From an uncultured delta proteobacterium (GTDB lineage Bacteria > Desulfobacterota > Desulfobacteria > Desulfobacterales > QNYZ01), in assembly GCA_963845145.1 (NCBI GenBank), contig CAWJQU010000002.1:448001-512000 (forward strand): DNA of 64,000 nt, read 5' to 3'. Below, one piece after another: positions 9,243 to 20,154 of the stretch (its first letter is position 1; each line of letters opens with the position of its first letter). The translations under genes were made by a program, and so were the position numbers. Under the pieces are notes generated by a model. That model searched no databases. It saw nothing but the letters and a program-made list of their open reading frames with translations, and was not told where the DNA came from.

Positions 9243-10211
9243 TCAAGAATCACGAAAACGATTCAGAACCTCGATCAATTGGGCCATATCAGCCGGTAAA
9301 GGGGCTTCGAAAACAACTTTTTTACCGGTTACAGGATGAATGAACCCCAGGCACCGGGCATGCAGCATCTGGCGCGAGACGGCCACACGATTGCCGGAAG
9401 ATATTTCCAAGGTCCGCGACGATCGGCGCGGGCCATATATCGAATCACCCACGACGGAATGTCTCAAAGCGCTGAGATGAACGCGAATCTGATGCGTCCG
9501 GCCCGTTTTCAGATAGAGTTTAATTAGCGTTGCGGCTGGATAACGGCCCTCAACCTGCCACTTCGTGTGAGCGGTTCGTGCGTGACGACCATTTATGGCC
9601 ATTTTTTTTCGATCCACCGGGTGCCGCCCGATTGGCTGATCGATACTGCCAACTTCACCGGATAGGCGACCATGAACCAGGGCCAGGTATTCTTTATATG
9701 TGGTGCGAGCTTTAAACTGACGGGATAATTCCGCATGCGCCTGATCATTGAAGGCGACCACCAGGCAACCGGATGTTTCCTTATCTAATCGATGAACAAT
9801 CCCCGGTCGGCGTTCTCCCCCCACGGAAAAAAGATCGGGATAATGATATAGCAAACCATGAACCAAGGTACCGGTTTCATGTCCCGGTGCCGGATGGACC
9901 ACCAGGCCGGCCGGCTTGTTCAGCACTAGGACGGCATCGTCCTGATAGAGAGGGTCGAGATCAATCGGTTCAGGGATGATCCCCACTGGTTCCGGCGGCG
10001 GCACCCGACCGCAAATCTCTTCTCCCAGGTGGACACGCTGGGAAGGTTTTACTTCATGTCGATTGAGTTGAATAAACCCTTTACGGATCAACCCGGCGGC
10101 CCGTGTGCGGGAACATTGCCGGACATGGCGGGCAACCACGGTATCTAGACGTTGATCATCATCGCCATCACTGGCGATAAAGCTAAAAGCACCGTTGTCG
10201 CTGAAACCCAT
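9243..10211 (-). CDS. rluD: RluA/RluD-family 23S rRNA pseudouridine synthase
   Basis: S4 domain (QRLD), NKPAGLVVHP, GIVHRLDKETSG, TGRTHQIRVH, QMLHA; start set at ATG 10211 to avoid overlap with carD. Confidence 0.9.
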   Translation of the reverse strand: MGFSDNGAFSFIASDGDDDQRLDTVVARHVRQCSRTRAAGLIRKGFIQLNRHEVKPSQRVHLGEEICGRVPPPEPVGIIPEPIDLDPLYQDDAVLVLNKPAGLVVHPAPGHETGTLVHGLLYHYPDLFSVGGERRPGIVHRLDKETSGCLVVAFNDQAHAELSRQFKARTTYKEYLALVHGRLSGEVGSIDQPIGRHPVDRKKMAINGRHARTAHTKWQVEGRYPAATLIKLYLKTGRTHQIRVHLSALRHSVVGDSIYGPRRSSRTLEISSGNRVAVSRQMLHARCLGFIHPVTGKKVVFEAPLPADMAQLIEVLNRFRDS

Positions 10212-10233
10212 TTTCAAATGGTTGGTGGTGGGG

Positions 10234-10812
10234 CTAATTATCGGTATTGGCCGGCTCGGGAAACAGTGCGTTGATTTCCGATTGAACTGTTTCTTCGGCA
10301 ACATTTTTCGCGGTAGATATCTCTTTTACCAGCAAAACTTGGGCCGTATCATAGAGCTTACGCTCACCAAATGACAGATCTTTGGTATTTTTCAGAAGGG
10401 ACAGATCTCTAAACACTTCGGCCACATCAAAAAGCGAACCGGTCTTCAGCTTATCCATATATTCTCGATAACGCCGGTTCCAGGTCTGAGTCTCACTGCC
10501 GATACTTGATCCTTCACTCATCAGAGTGTAAATTTTGGAGACATCCTTTTTGTCAATCACATTGCGCAGGCCCACCTGATTGACATTGCTGGTGGGGATC
10601 ATAATGGTCATTCCGTTTTCCACGACCTTGAAAATATAAAAATCCTGTTTTTCCCCATTGATGTCTCTATTTTCTACCGACTCGATTCGGCCAACACCAT
10701 GCGCAGGATAAACGGCGACATCACCGACATTGAATCGAGAAATTGGTAATGTGTTTTCACTATCAGGTGGTAATGTGTTTTCACCATCTGGACTGGTTTG
10801 GTCTTCACTCAT
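10234..10812 (-). CDS. carD: CarD-family RNA-polymerase-binding regulator
   Basis: FNVGDVAVYPAHGVG, TWNRRYR..KLKTG, LSFGERK. Confidence 0.92.
   Translation of the reverse strand: MSEDQTSPDGENTLPPDSENTLPISRFNVGDVAVYPAHGVGRIESVENRDINGEKQDFYIFKVVENGMTIMIPTSNVNQVGLRNVIDKKDVSKIYTLMSEGSSIGSETQTWNRRYREYMDKLKTGSLFDVAEVFRDLSLLKNTKDLSFGERKLYDTAQVLLVKEISTAKNVAEETVQSEINALFPEPANTDN
10744..10791. repeat. 24-bp tandem duplication in the carD N-terminus
   Basis: TGGTAATGTGTTTTCACTATCAGG / TGGTAATGTGTTTTCACCATCTGG, encoding PDGENTLP-PDSENTLP. Confidence 0.9.
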
Positions 10813-11033
10813 ATATACACCGATACAATCTGAAAGGCTATAATACGAACCGACGGTTAAGACGGTCGTATCCGGATAATCTCACTACAATTTTAAAAGA
10901 TCTCTGCAATATAGCATGGTTTCGAAGATCAATCAAACATAATTAAAAAGCGACAAATACAAACGAGAAAAGGATTGACGCGAACGCCAACCCTTTTCCA
11001 GTAGAGATTGTTACCGAGTGTGTGAAATGCCGA

Positions 11034-13058
11034 CTACATTAAAAAAGGCACCATCAGCAAGGCAACCACATTTAGAATTTTGATCATCGGATTAATGGCC
11101 GGACCGGCGGTATCCTTGTAAGGATCGCCGACGGTATCGCCTGTGACTGCGGCTTTGTGGGCATCGCTGCCCTTGCCACCCAGATGACCGTCTTCAATAT
11201 ACTTCTTGGCATTGTCCCAGGCCGCGCCACCGGTTGTCATGGAGATGGCCAGGAAAACGCCGGTCACGATGGAACCGATCAGCAATCCACCCAGGGCGAT
11301 CTTTCCAAGGAAAAAACCGACCAGGACCGGTGCGACAACAGGTAAAATCGCCGGGACCAGCATCTCTTTTAAAGCAAACTTGGTCACGATATCGACACAT
11401 GCCCCGTAATCGGGTTTGCCCGTACCTTCCATGATGCCCGGAATTTCGCGAAACTGACGACGGACTTCATCCACAACCGCGGCACCCGCTCGACCCACGG
11501 CTTGCATGGCCATGGATGCAAAAAGATAAGGCAGCAGTCCACCGATGAACAGGCCGATAATAACATTCACGTCGGCAAGGTCAAACTTCAACCCCTCTTC
11601 GGCGCCGCCGTGAAGGTTGAACTCTTGTACATAGGCGGCAAAAAGCACCAAAGCAGCCAGACCAGCAGATCCAATGGCATAGCCCTTGGTAACGGCCTTG
11701 GTGGTGTTTCCGACGGCATCCAGCGGATCGGTGACGGCCCGGACACTTTCGTCCAATTCAGCCATTTCCGCAATACCGCCGGCATTATCCGTTATCGGGC
11801 CGTAGGCATCGATAGCAATAACCATACCGGTCATGGAAAGCATGGACATGGCAGCCATGGCGATTCCATAAAGACCCGCAAAGTTATAGGCCAGGTAAAT
11901 GGAAAGACAAATCGTCAGGACCGGCGCGGCCGTGGCTTGCATGGAGACACCCAGACCGGCAATGATATTCGTGCCGTGACCGGTGGTGGACGCCTGGGCA
12001 ATGGCTTTCACCGGGCCGTATATACCGGTGTAATATTCGGTGATAATGACGATAGCGACGGTAAGCACCAAACCGATCAAGGTACAATAGTAGATATTGA
12101 TCGCCGTAAGGTCGCCGATGCCACCCATGAATTTCATGCATACATAATAAAAGGCAATGGCCGCCAATATAGCGGAACCAAACATCCCCTTGTAAAGCGC
12201 GCCCATCACATATTCGCTTTTACCCAGACGGACAAAGAAAATGGCAATCATGGAGGCGATAATGGAAATAGCGCCTAAAATCAGTGGAAATTCAACGGCC
12301 ATGGGGCTTTTGGGAAAAAGCAGGTGGCCGATGAGCATGGCCGCCACAGCAGTTACCGCGTACGTTTCGAACAGGTCAGCCGCCATACCGGCACAGTCGC
12401 CGACATTGTCACCAACGTTATCGGCAATCGTTGCCGGGTTTCGCGGATCATCCTCGGGAATACCGGCTTCAACCTTTCCAACCAGGTCGGCGCCCACATC
12501 GGCGCCTTTGGTAAAAATACCACCACCCAATCTGGCGAAAATGGAGATGAGGCTGCCGCCGAATCCAAGCGCGACCAGTGCAATGACATCATGGGTGAAT
12601 GCGTAATATCCGGCAACGGACGTCAAAGCCAGCCCGGCGACGATCATACCGGTAACGGCACCGCCCTTGAAGGCCATGGAAAGGCCGGCAGCCATACCGT
12701 TTTTGGCGGCTTCAGCCGTTCTGACATTGGCAAGAACGGAGACCCGCATGCCGATGTACCCCGCCAAAAATGAGGCGACCGCGCCCACAAGGAACCCGAT
12801 GGCGGTTTTGGCGCCCATGCTGGCAAAAATAATGCCGAAAATAATGATACCGGCAATACCCATGCTCTTCATCTGTCGATTAAGATAGGCGATGGCCCCT
12901 TCCTTGATAGCGTTGGCGATCTCTTGCATTCTTTCGTTACCCGCCGGAGCACTCTTGACGATTCCGGCTAGAATGACTGCAAACAATACACCCGCCAAAC
13001 CCACCAGGGTACAAGTCAAAGGTATATTTTCCATCATAACTTTTAGTACAGAATCCAT
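11034..13058 (-). CDS. hppA: Membrane-bound pyrophosphatase, K+-independent H+-pumping type
   Basis: [35 protein letters not shown] motifs; many TMs. Confidence 0.96.
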   Translation of the reverse strand: MDSVLKVMMENIPLTCTLVGLAGVLFAVILAGIVKSAPAGNERMQEIANAIKEGAIAYLNRQMKSMGIAGIIIFGIIFASMGAKTAIGFLVGAVASFLAGYIGMRVSVLANVRTAEAAKNGMAAGLSMAFKGGAVTGMIVAGLALTSVAGYYAFTHDVIALVALGFGGSLISIFARLGGGIFTKGADVGADLVGKVEAGIPEDDPRNPATIADNVGDNVGDCAGMAADLFETYAVTAVAAMLIGHLLFPKSPMAVEFPLILGAISIIASMIAIFFVRLGKSEYVMGALYKGMFGSAILAAIAFYYVCMKFMGGIGDLTAINIYYCTLIGLVLTVAIVIITEYYTGIYGPVKAIAQASTTGHGTNIIAGLGVSMQATAAPVLTICLSIYLAYNFAGLYGIAMAAMSMLSMTGMVIAIDAYGPITDNAGGIAEMAELDESVRAVTDPLDAVGNTTKAVTKGYAIGSAGLAALVLFAAYVQEFNLHGGAEEGLKFDLADVNVIIGLFIGGLLPYLFASMAMQAVGRAGAAVVDEVRRQFREIPGIMEGTGKPDYGACVDIVTKFALKEMLVPAILPVVAPVLVGFFLGKIALGGLLIGSIVTGVFLAISMTTGGAAWDNAKKYIEDGHLGGKGSDAHKAAVTGDTVGDPYKDTAGPAINPMIKILNVVALLMVPFLM

Positions 13059-13083
13059 TCTACGCTGCCCTCCGTTAAAAATT

Positions 13084-13671
13084 TTAAGTTTCAGTTACCT
13101 CAGTTTTACGATTAAATCGGTTCATTCCTTCTAAAGTGCTCTCTCGAAGAATTGTGTGTACCGCTTGAGTCGCTCGGTCGACGATGCCAGGCAAGGCTTT
13201 CTGTTCCGATTTCTCGAAAGGCCTGAGAACGTGCTCCGTCACATCAATTCCCGGTAGCGCACGCCCAATCCCGATGCGAATACGGGTGAACACATCTTCC
13301 CCGAAAGCTCCCGTCAGGGATCTTAACCCTTTGTGTCCGCCACTCCCCCCTTTCTCTTTAATTTTTAATCTGCCGAATGCAAGGTCGATGTCATCGTGAA
13401 TGACGATCATTTCCTCACACACAATACCCAATCGATCCGCCAACCGTCGGGTCGGTGGACCGCTATTATTCATATAGGCCAGAGGCACGGCCAAGCATAC
13501 CCGCATTCCCTCCAAAACATCGCAACCATAGGCGATATCTTTTTGCTTTCCGCCCAGATTCAGCCCCCAGGCGCTCGCAAGGGCATCCACAACCATGAAT
13601 CCCAGGTTGTGCCGGGTATGGCGGTATTTGCGTCCGGGATTTCCCAACCCGATCACCAGGCGTTTTTTCAC
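13084..13671 (-). CDS. pth: Peptidyl-tRNA hydrolase
   Basis: [38 protein letters not shown]. Confidence 0.95.
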   Translation of the reverse strand: MKKRLVIGLGNPGRKYRHTRHNLGFMVVDALASAWGLNLGGKQKDIAYGCDVLEGMRVCLAVPLAYMNNSGPPTRRLADRLGIVCEEMIVIHDDIDLAFGRLKIKEKGGSGGHKGLRSLTGAFGEDVFTRIRIGIGRALPGIDVTEHVLRPFEKSEQKALPGIVDRATQAVHTILRESTLEGMNRFNRKTEVTET

Positions 13672-13759
13672 GTTTCTTATCCCGCAAGCAATTAAATTCC
13701 CAGGAAGATTGCCTGGTGATTCCGATGCTCAAAAAGGTCCTTAAAAGCGCGTAAGTGGG

Positions 13760-14449
13760 CTAAGCCCCATCGGATTCGCCTTCTTTTTTCGCACCCTCAG
13801 CCGCATCCGCATCGCCTTCACCCTCTTCGCCTTCAACCGCCTCACCTTCAATTTCTTCGTCTTCTTCCACTTCAGGTTCGACTTCCACCGCGGCGCTAAC
13901 GACCGTCAGAACCGTAAAATCCGTGTCCGACTGAATTTCAACGCCTTCGGGCAGCGGGATCGATTTGACATGCAGGGCATCGCCAATTTCCATATCGGTG
14001 ACATCGACCTCGATAGCGGTCGGTATCTGGTTCGGTAGGCAAAAGACCTCCAGTTCACGCCGAATACTTTGCAGAAGCCCGCCTTCTTCAACACCTTTGG
14101 GTTTTCCTATCGGCAGGATCGGGATACTCACCGTGATCTTGCGAGCCATGTCAATTTCATAAAAATCCGCATGTAACAATGCTGCGGTGGCTGGATGGGT
14201 TTGCAATTCCTTGATCATAACCGGTTTGGTATAGGTCTCGCCGTCATGTACAACCAGGTTAATCAATGCCTGGCTTGCGGCGGTCTTTTTAAAGGCATGT
14301 TCCAGGTCACGAATGTCTACGGACAATAAGACCGGTTCTGTTGAGGGGCCGTATAAGATGGCCGGAATTCGACCCTCTCTACGCAGACCGCGAGCGGGAC
14401 TGTTTCCGGTAGTGGTTCGAATGTTTGCGTTGATTTCAATAAATTCCAA
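13760..14449 (-). CDS. rplY: 50S ribosomal protein L25/Ctc
   Basis: LRREGRIPAILYG, HADF, GVEEGG, acidic tail; prs-rplY-pth synteny. Confidence 0.95.
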   Translation of the reverse strand: MEFIEINANIRTTTGNSPARGLRREGRIPAILYGPSTEPVLLSVDIRDLEHAFKKTAASQALINLVVHDGETYTKPVMIKELQTHPATAALLHADFYEIDMARKITVSIPILPIGKPKGVEEGGLLQSIRRELEVFCLPNQIPTAIEVDVTDMEIGDALHVKSIPLPEGVEIQSDTDFTVLTVVSAAVEVEPEVEEDEEIEGEAVEGEEGEGDADAAEGAKKEGESDGA

Positions 14450-14511
14450 GGATCTTCCTCCTGTTTACAATATCATATTTAAATCATTTAAATTTCAAAC
14501 AAAATAGTCGG

Positions 14512-15459
14512 TTATACAAACAGCGAGGTGACGGAGTCCCCCCGATGACTGCGAATGATGGCTTCACCCATCAGGTCGGCAATGGTCAACACCTCAAATT
14601 TATCACTGTTAGCCGCTTCCTCTCTCAACGGAATCGTATCGGTAACGATGAGCGATTTTAAGGCTGAGCTTTCAATCCTCTCGATGGCGGGCCCGGAAAG
14701 AACCGGATGCGCACAACAGGCGTAAACTTCCCGTGCGCCCTTGCTCATGATGGCATCGGCGGCTTCGGTTAAAGTACCTGCCGTATCCACCATGTCATCT
14801 AAGATAATCGCCACCTTGTCGGAAACATCGCCGATCAGGGCCATTGCTTTGGCCTTGTTGGGGGCATCCCGCCGTTTATCCACGATTGCCAGGCCCGCAT
14901 TAAGTCGTTTGGCAAACGCCCGAGCCCGTTCCACGCCTCCGGCATCCGGTGAGACAATCACCAAGTCACCGGTAAACTTCTTTTGAATATAATTTATAAT
15001 GACCGGTGCAGCAAAAAGGTTATCAACCGGAATGTTAAAAAAGCCCTGAATTTGTCCGGCATGCAGATCCATCGTGATCAGGCGATCCGCCCCGGCGGTG
15101 GTGATCAAATCGGCAACAAGCTTAGCACTAATGGGGACCCTTGGGGCCACCTTTTTATCCTGCCGGGCATACCCGTAATACGGTATGACAGCCGTAACCC
15201 GCCGCGCCGAGGAACGCTTGATGGCATCAATCATTAATAACAATTCTACAAGGTTTTGATTGACCGGAGCGCAGGTCGATTGAATGATGTAAATGTCCCG
15301 TAACCGGACATTATCATTGATCTCGATTTGAATTTCACCATCACTGAAAGTCGTTATTTTGGACCCGCCCGGTTTAACGTTCAAATAGCGACATATCTTT
15401 TGGGCCAGTGTCGGATTCGAATTTCCGGAAAACACATAAAAATCGTTCAAGGTTGTCAT
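14512..15459 (-). CDS. prs: Ribose-phosphate pyrophosphokinase
   Basis: [41 protein letters not shown]. Confidence 0.97.
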   Translation of the reverse strand: MTTLNDFYVFSGNSNPTLAQKICRYLNVKPGGSKITTFSDGEIQIEINDNVRLRDIYIIQSTCAPVNQNLVELLLMIDAIKRSSARRVTAVIPYYGYARQDKKVAPRVPISAKLVADLITTAGADRLITMDLHAGQIQGFFNIPVDNLFAAPVIINYIQKKFTGDLVIVSPDAGGVERARAFAKRLNAGLAIVDKRRDAPNKAKAMALIGDVSDKVAIILDDMVDTAGTLTEAADAIMSKGAREVYACCAHPVLSGPAIERIESSALKSLIVTDTIPLREEAANSDKFEVLTIADLMGEAIIRSHRGDSVTSLFV

Positions 15460-15500
15460 ATTTGAGTTATCCAGCCAGTAACCTGATAATTATATAAAAA

Positions 15501-15575
15501 TGGCTGGGGCGGGAGGATTCGAACCTCCGAATGCAGGAACCAAAATCCTGTGACTTACCACTTGTCGACGCCCCA
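15501..15575 (-). tRNA. tRNA-Gln(TTG)
   Basis: Reverse complement TGGGGCG...CAGGA-TT-TTG-GT-TCCTG...GGTTCGAATCC..CGCCCCA-G-CCA; cloverleaf with encoded CCA; canonical position between ispE and prs. Confidence 0.97.
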
Positions 15576-15585
15576 GCAAAAGCTA

Positions 15586-16548
15586 TCATTTCTTTTCACC
15601 TGACCTTTTCACCTGCCCCCTGGCCTTTTCACCTGACCATGGCTCGGTTAAGTAAACACGCCAAGGGACCGTTTCGGTCAAATGCCGAAATACCCTTTTA
15701 GCCGCTATTACATCCTTAAAAAGGCCAAAAACAGTGGGACCACTACCGGACATCAGCGTTCCGTTTGAGCCGCATGCCGACAATGTGCCCTTTATTTTTT
15801 CGATCTCCGGGTGCCTTGACAGGGTGACCGTTTCAAGGTCGTTACATAAGTATTTTTCAACCCCATCCGGGCTCCCATCCAGGCCCCCATTCAGGTAAGG
15901 ATCCTTCAGATCGCCCTCAACACATAAATTTAAATTTTTAAGATGTTGCGGGCATTTTGTCAATCTTAAATTCAGGCTTTGATAAACATTCGCGGTGCTT
16001 ATTTCAATCGACGGGTGAATCAGAATGATCGTAAAACCATGCAGGATCTCGCCAACCGGTTGAAGGATCTCACCGATGCCGGTGGCAACGGCCGGCTGCT
16101 GAAAAATAAAAAAGGGCACATCGGCACCCAGTTTTACGGCCATGACGGCCAAATCATTTTTAGTGTACGGTTGGCCGCACAATCGATTCAAGGCCAACAG
16201 AATTGTGGCAGCGTTACTGCTGCCACCTCCGAGTCCGGCCGCAACCGGGATCTGTTTATCAATATCGATATGGAGCCCGAACGGTCGGCCCTTCTTTTCT
16301 TTAGCCCAACGGCCTAAAAACATTACGGCCGCGCGATGGGCAAGGTTGGTTTCATCGGCGGGAACTTTTACATGGCTACAAGAGACGGTGATATTTTGGC
16401 GTTTGGGCTCTATTTTTATTGTATCGGCAAGATCAATGGGACACATCAGGGATACCAGGTCGTGGTACCCGTCAGGTCGTTTCCCGGTAACGGCCAGGAA
16501 CAGATTGATCTTGGCCGGGGATAAAAAATAGCGTGGGCGCTCATCCAT
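15586..16548 (-). CDS. ispE: 4-diphosphocytidyl-2-C-methyl-D-erythritol kinase
   Basis: PAKINLFL, IPVAAGLGGGSSNAA, LGADVPFF, NDLE, MSGSGPTVF. Confidence 0.96.
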   Translation of the reverse strand: MDERPRYFLSPAKINLFLAVTGKRPDGYHDLVSLMCPIDLADTIKIEPKRQNITVSCSHVKVPADETNLAHRAAVMFLGRWAKEKKGRPFGLHIDIDKQIPVAAGLGGGSSNAATILLALNRLCGQPYTKNDLAVMAVKLGADVPFFIFQQPAVATGIGEILQPVGEILHGFTIILIHPSIEISTANVYQSLNLRLTKCPQHLKNLNLCVEGDLKDPYLNGGLDGSPDGVEKYLCNDLETVTLSRHPEIEKIKGTLSACGSNGTLMSGSGPTVFGLFKDVIAAKRVFRHLTETVPWRVYLTEPWSGEKARGQVKRSGEKK

Positions 16549-16642
16549 CAGATTTCCCCGTTAAGACGAAAGGGTGCCGTTTGCGGGACAAATCACCGGT
16601 AAAAATGATCGCCGTTCCCAATGGGGCCAATGGGGATTATAT

Positions 16643-16987
16643 TCATGTATTTTTCTCTTTTACATAAATCATTCGAAGGTCATACAGCAAACTCTTTATC
16701 ATGCCCGCTTCTTCCTCCGTCAGATTGCCCTTGGTTTTTGTCTCGAGCATGGCAATGATTTCTATGGTCTGTTTAGCCAGTTCGAGATTTTTCGATTTGC
16801 TACCGCTGGTCGGGTCTTCCACAACACCAAGGTGAACCAGAGCGGAATGGTTCAGGGAGACAATAAATGTGGCAAAGTTGATTTTCGGCATACTGGTGGA
16901 TTGAGGGGCGGTTTTCGTTTCCGAAACAGGCTTTTTACCCGCCTCTTCCCCATCTTTCATAATAAAATCTCTGGTGTCCTCGGACAT
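16643..16987 (-). CDS. DUF1844-family protein
   Basis: F.TFIVSL..SALVHLG..LELAKQTI..L..KTKGNL..EE..LYDLRM.YV. Confidence 0.85.
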   Translation of the reverse strand: MSEDTRDFIMKDGEEAGKKPVSETKTAPQSTSMPKINFATFIVSLNHSALVHLGVVEDPTSGSKSKNLELAKQTIEIIAMLETKTKGNLTEEEAGMIKSLLYDLRMIYVKEKNT

Positions 16988-17182
16988 AATGCCCCCTCTT
17001 TTTTATACCCAGTTAATTCATGATAAAATGTTGCCCTAATTAAACCTTCCCTGTAAATACGAAAGACGGCAAATTAACATATAAAAAAGCACCTTTTGTC
17101 AAGAACAATCCACTGTGAAAAGTGATGGTGTGAAAAATGGTGGCGATCCGATCGCCCCATACAGCTCTTCTAAGGAATTCGG

Positions 17183-17920
17183 ATGACACCACACCCGAGG
17201 ACGAAAAAAAATACCCGCACCGGGTTGGAATGGCCGCCCCTTTTAAAAGGTATCTTGATCAAACGCTACAAACGTTTTTTGGCGGATATCGCCTTACCGG
17301 CCGGCGAGGTGGTAACCGCTCACTGCCCAGATTCCGGAAGGATGACCGCATGCAGTCAACCCGGCCGACCGGCTTATATCTCCCGGGCAGATAACCCTAA
17401 ACGCAAATTGAAATATACCTGGGAATTGATTGAAATGCCCGATTCACTTGTAGGGGTCAACACGCTGGTTCCCAACCGCTTGACAGCCCACGCCATTCTG
17501 GCCGGCCAGGTGAAGGCATTGTCGGGATATACGCAGTTGAAACGGGAGGTAAAGGTGGGCGATCATTCTCGAATCGACATTTGTCTCACCGCCGACCGGA
17601 AAAAAACATGCTACGTAGAGGTAAAAAACTGCACGCTGGTAAAAGACGGGCGAGCCTGTTTCCCCGATGCGGTCACCGCCCGTGGATTGAAACATTTAAA
17701 TGAACTGCAACAATTAGTCAGAGATGGCCACCGAGGCGTGATGTTCTATCTCATCCAGCGAATGGACGCACAAACCTTTTCCCCGGCCGATCACATTGAT
17801 CCCAAATATGGACAAGGCCTGCGCACGGCAGTTAAAAATGGTGTTGAAATTCTGGTCTACGATGTGACCCTTGATTTGACCCGGATTTGTCTGAATCGAG
17901 AAATCCCCATTGTGTTGTAG
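17183..17920 (+). CDS. sfsA: Sugar fermentation stimulation protein / nuclease SfsA
   Basis: KRYKRFLADI, AHCPDSGRM, SRID, YVEVK, FPDAVTARGLKHL. Confidence 0.93.
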   Translation: MTPHPRTKKNTRTGLEWPPLLKGILIKRYKRFLADIALPAGEVVTAHCPDSGRMTACSQPGRPAYISRADNPKRKLKYTWELIEMPDSLVGVNTLVPNRLTAHAILAGQVKALSGYTQLKREVKVGDHSRIDICLTADRKKTCYVEVKNCTLVKDGRACFPDAVTARGLKHLNELQQLVRDGHRGVMFYLIQRMDAQTFSPADHIDPKYGQGLRTAVKNGVEILVYDVTLDLTRICLNREIPIVL

Positions 17921-17957
17921 CGGCTTCTGAACACTATCCTTTTTAGATAGACCTCCG

Positions 17958-17983
17958 GTTACAAATTGTTACAAATTGTTACC
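17958..17983. repeat. 10-bp tandem repeat (GTTACAAATT)x2.5
   Basis: GTTACAAATT-GTTACAAATT-GTTACC seen directly. Confidence 0.8.
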
Positions 17984-18268
17984 TTGGGGAAAAGCATCCC
18001 ACCGAAGACCCTGCTATCCAAGTCCAGGATTCTCAAAAACAAGGCTAAAATTCGCAAGAACGCCAAGGATGGCATGGCTTCCCAAAAGGCGTGATCTTGC
18101 GATATGGATACCCATCAGGATAAGGCCGAATCGTTCCGGCATGGCGAATGACAATCATAGTTGACTTCCATCGGCTTGCAATAATGCTTAGGAGTTCTTA
18201 TATTTTTTATTTCTAAAATTTAGTTGAATCTAAATATTAATCCAACAGACCACACGGGAAACAAGCCG

Positions 18269-18778
18269 ATGACCCAAAAGAATAAGCTGGATCAGGCCCA
18301 TTATATTTTTACAGCGGGAAAATTAATACACGATAAAATTTATCAGGCCGGAGCCCGATACTTATATGAGAAAAATGAGCCGGACGAGGTTGCGGAGCTT
18401 TCTTTGCCTCAAAAAAATATGATTATGACCATCCGTAAACGAAAAACCGTGACCATGACCGATCTGGCCAATCAACTGGGTGTATCCCCACCATCGGCCT
18501 CGGCGATGGTGGACCGCCTCGTGGAAAAAAAAATACTTGCCCGGGAGCATAGTGTCGAAGATCGCCGCAAAGTCATGGTCCGAATATCGAGTGAGGCGAT
18601 GTCGATGATGGACGGCATTGAAGAGAATATGCTCGGTTTTTTTGTCGACCTGGTTGAAAAAATCGGGCCTGAAACAACGAAACAATGGTGCCAGGTGCTT
18701 GAACAGGTCGAATCAGTGCTTGAAACGCAATCAACCAAACCGTCGCCATATAAAAAAACACGGCCAAAAAGAGGATGA
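18269..18778 (+). CDS. MarR-family transcriptional regulator
   Basis: TMTDLANQLGVSPPSASAMVDRLVEK..EDRRKV; first gene of the efflux operon (start could be upstream, 18224). Confidence 0.9.
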   Translation: MTQKNKLDQAHYIFTAGKLIHDKIYQAGARYLYEKNEPDEVAELSLPQKNMIMTIRKRKTVTMTDLANQLGVSPPSASAMVDRLVEKKILAREHSVEDRRKVMVRISSEAMSMMDGIEENMLGFFVDLVEKIGPETTKQWCQVLEQVESVLETQSTKPSPYKKTRPKRG

Positions 18779-20154
18779 ACGCCATGGACCCAAAAGAAAA
18801 TCCAAAAAGTCCCAAACCGTTTACGAATATACTATTTCGGATCGGGGTCTGCATCGGAATACTATTTATTGGTGTCATCGGGATGTCCCAACTGGCCAGT
18901 CTGAAAAAGCCGCCGGCCGAGTCGATGGTCGCCGAACGCCGTCTACGGGTGGAAACCCTGGACGTCCGGGCCGAGAAGGTGCCGGTACAGATTACCGGCT
19001 ACGGTGAAGTCCGGGTGCTCAACGAGGTGATGATAGCCTCGGAGGTAGCCGGTAAAATCGTGACAGTGCATCCCTCTCTGGAGGTAGGCGAAATCATTCC
19101 CGCCGACGAAACGCTCTTTGAAATTGATGATATCAATTACCAAGCCTCCCTGAAAGAGGCCGATGCCGCCGTGGCCCAATGGGAAACCACGATTCAGCGG
19201 CTAAAAAAACAGGCCGCCATCGATGAGAAACGCCTTAAGACGCTTGAGCGCAACCGGGACCTTTCCCGAGGGGAGTTTGAAAGAATTCGCAGCCTGTTTG
19301 ATGTAGACAAGGTGGGAACCCGCTCTGGTGTTGAACGGGCCGAACAAGCCTACAACGCCACCGTTGACCAAGCCGACCAGATGGCTCAGGCCGTAACGCT
19401 ATACCCGATGCGAACACGCGAAGCACAAAGCAGCCTCGCTGCAGCCAAAGCAAGGCAGACCTTCGCCCAAGCCAATCTTAAGCGTTGCCGTGTGAAGGCT
19501 CCTTTCGAAGGCCGCATTAAATCCGTCACAATTGAAAAGGGACAATACGTGACACCGGGACAACCGCTCATGACCTTGGCTGACGATTCAACGTTAGAGA
19601 TTAACGTACCACTGGATAGCAGGGATGCCCGCCGCTGGCTCCGTTTTGACCGCAACAACGCCACCGGCAAGTCTGCCTGGTTTGCCGGATTGGAAGATTT
19701 ACCCTGCACGATTCATTGGACGGAGGATATCGATGAACATTTCTGGAAGGGACAGCTCAATCGAGTCGTCAATTTTGATTCCAGGACCCGGACGCTCACC
19801 GTGGCGATTCGTGTGGATGGGCAATCCGCGCAAAAAGGTGAGGCCACGGGGTTACCGATAGTGGAAGGCATGTTTTGCGAGGTGCGAATTCCCGGTAAAA
19901 TTTTGAACGATGTTTTCCGGCTCCCCAGAGGGGCCGTCAGTTTTGATAATACGGTCTTTGTCTCCGTGGACAACCGCCTGAAAACCGTTGTCGTAGAGGT
20001 GGCTCGTAAGGATGAGGATTACGCGTATGTATCCGCGGGGCTACGGGAGGGAGACAAGGTCATCACGACCCGGTTGATCGATCCGATAGAAAACGCTCTG
20101 CTGGAGATATCCCCTTCGACTGAAAAGCAAAATCAAAAGGAGAAGACGTCATGA
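18775..20154 (+). CDS. RND efflux periplasmic adaptor (MFP)
   Basis: N-terminal TM, SEVAGKI, coiled hairpin, VKAPFEGRI, GQYVTPG. Confidence 0.9.
   Translation: MNAMDPKENPKSPKPFTNILFRIGVCIGILFIGVIGMSQLASLKKPPAESMVAERRLRVETLDVRAEKVPVQITGYGEVRVLNEVMIASEVAGKIVTVHPSLEVGEIIPADETLFEIDDINYQASLKEADAAVAQWETTIQRLKKQAAIDEKRLKTLERNRDLSRGEFERIRSLFDVDKVGTRSGVERAEQAYNATVDQADQMAQAVTLYPMRTREAQSSLAAAKARQTFAQANLKRCRVKAPFEGRIKSVTIEKGQYVTPGQPLMTLADDSTLEINVPLDSRDARRWLRFDRNNATGKSAWFAGLEDLPCTIHWTEDIDEHFWKGQLNRVVNFDSRTRTLTVAIRVDGQSAQKGEATGLPIVEGMFCEVRIPGKILNDVFRLPRGAVSFDNTVFVSVDNRLKTVVVEVARKDEDYAYVSAGLREGDKVITTRLIDPIENALLEISPSTEKQNQKEKTS

Noticed and set aside
11502..12773. Long antisense ORFs (258 and 149 aa) opposite hppA, and similar shadow ORFs over the RND, ade and lipA genes
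   Set aside because: They lie wholly opposite well-conserved genes, have no motifs, and are expected from codon bias.
15501..15575. tRNA-Gln as an integration site for an island
   Set aside because: No integrase, no duplicated tRNA 3' end, and intact ispE-prs synteny.
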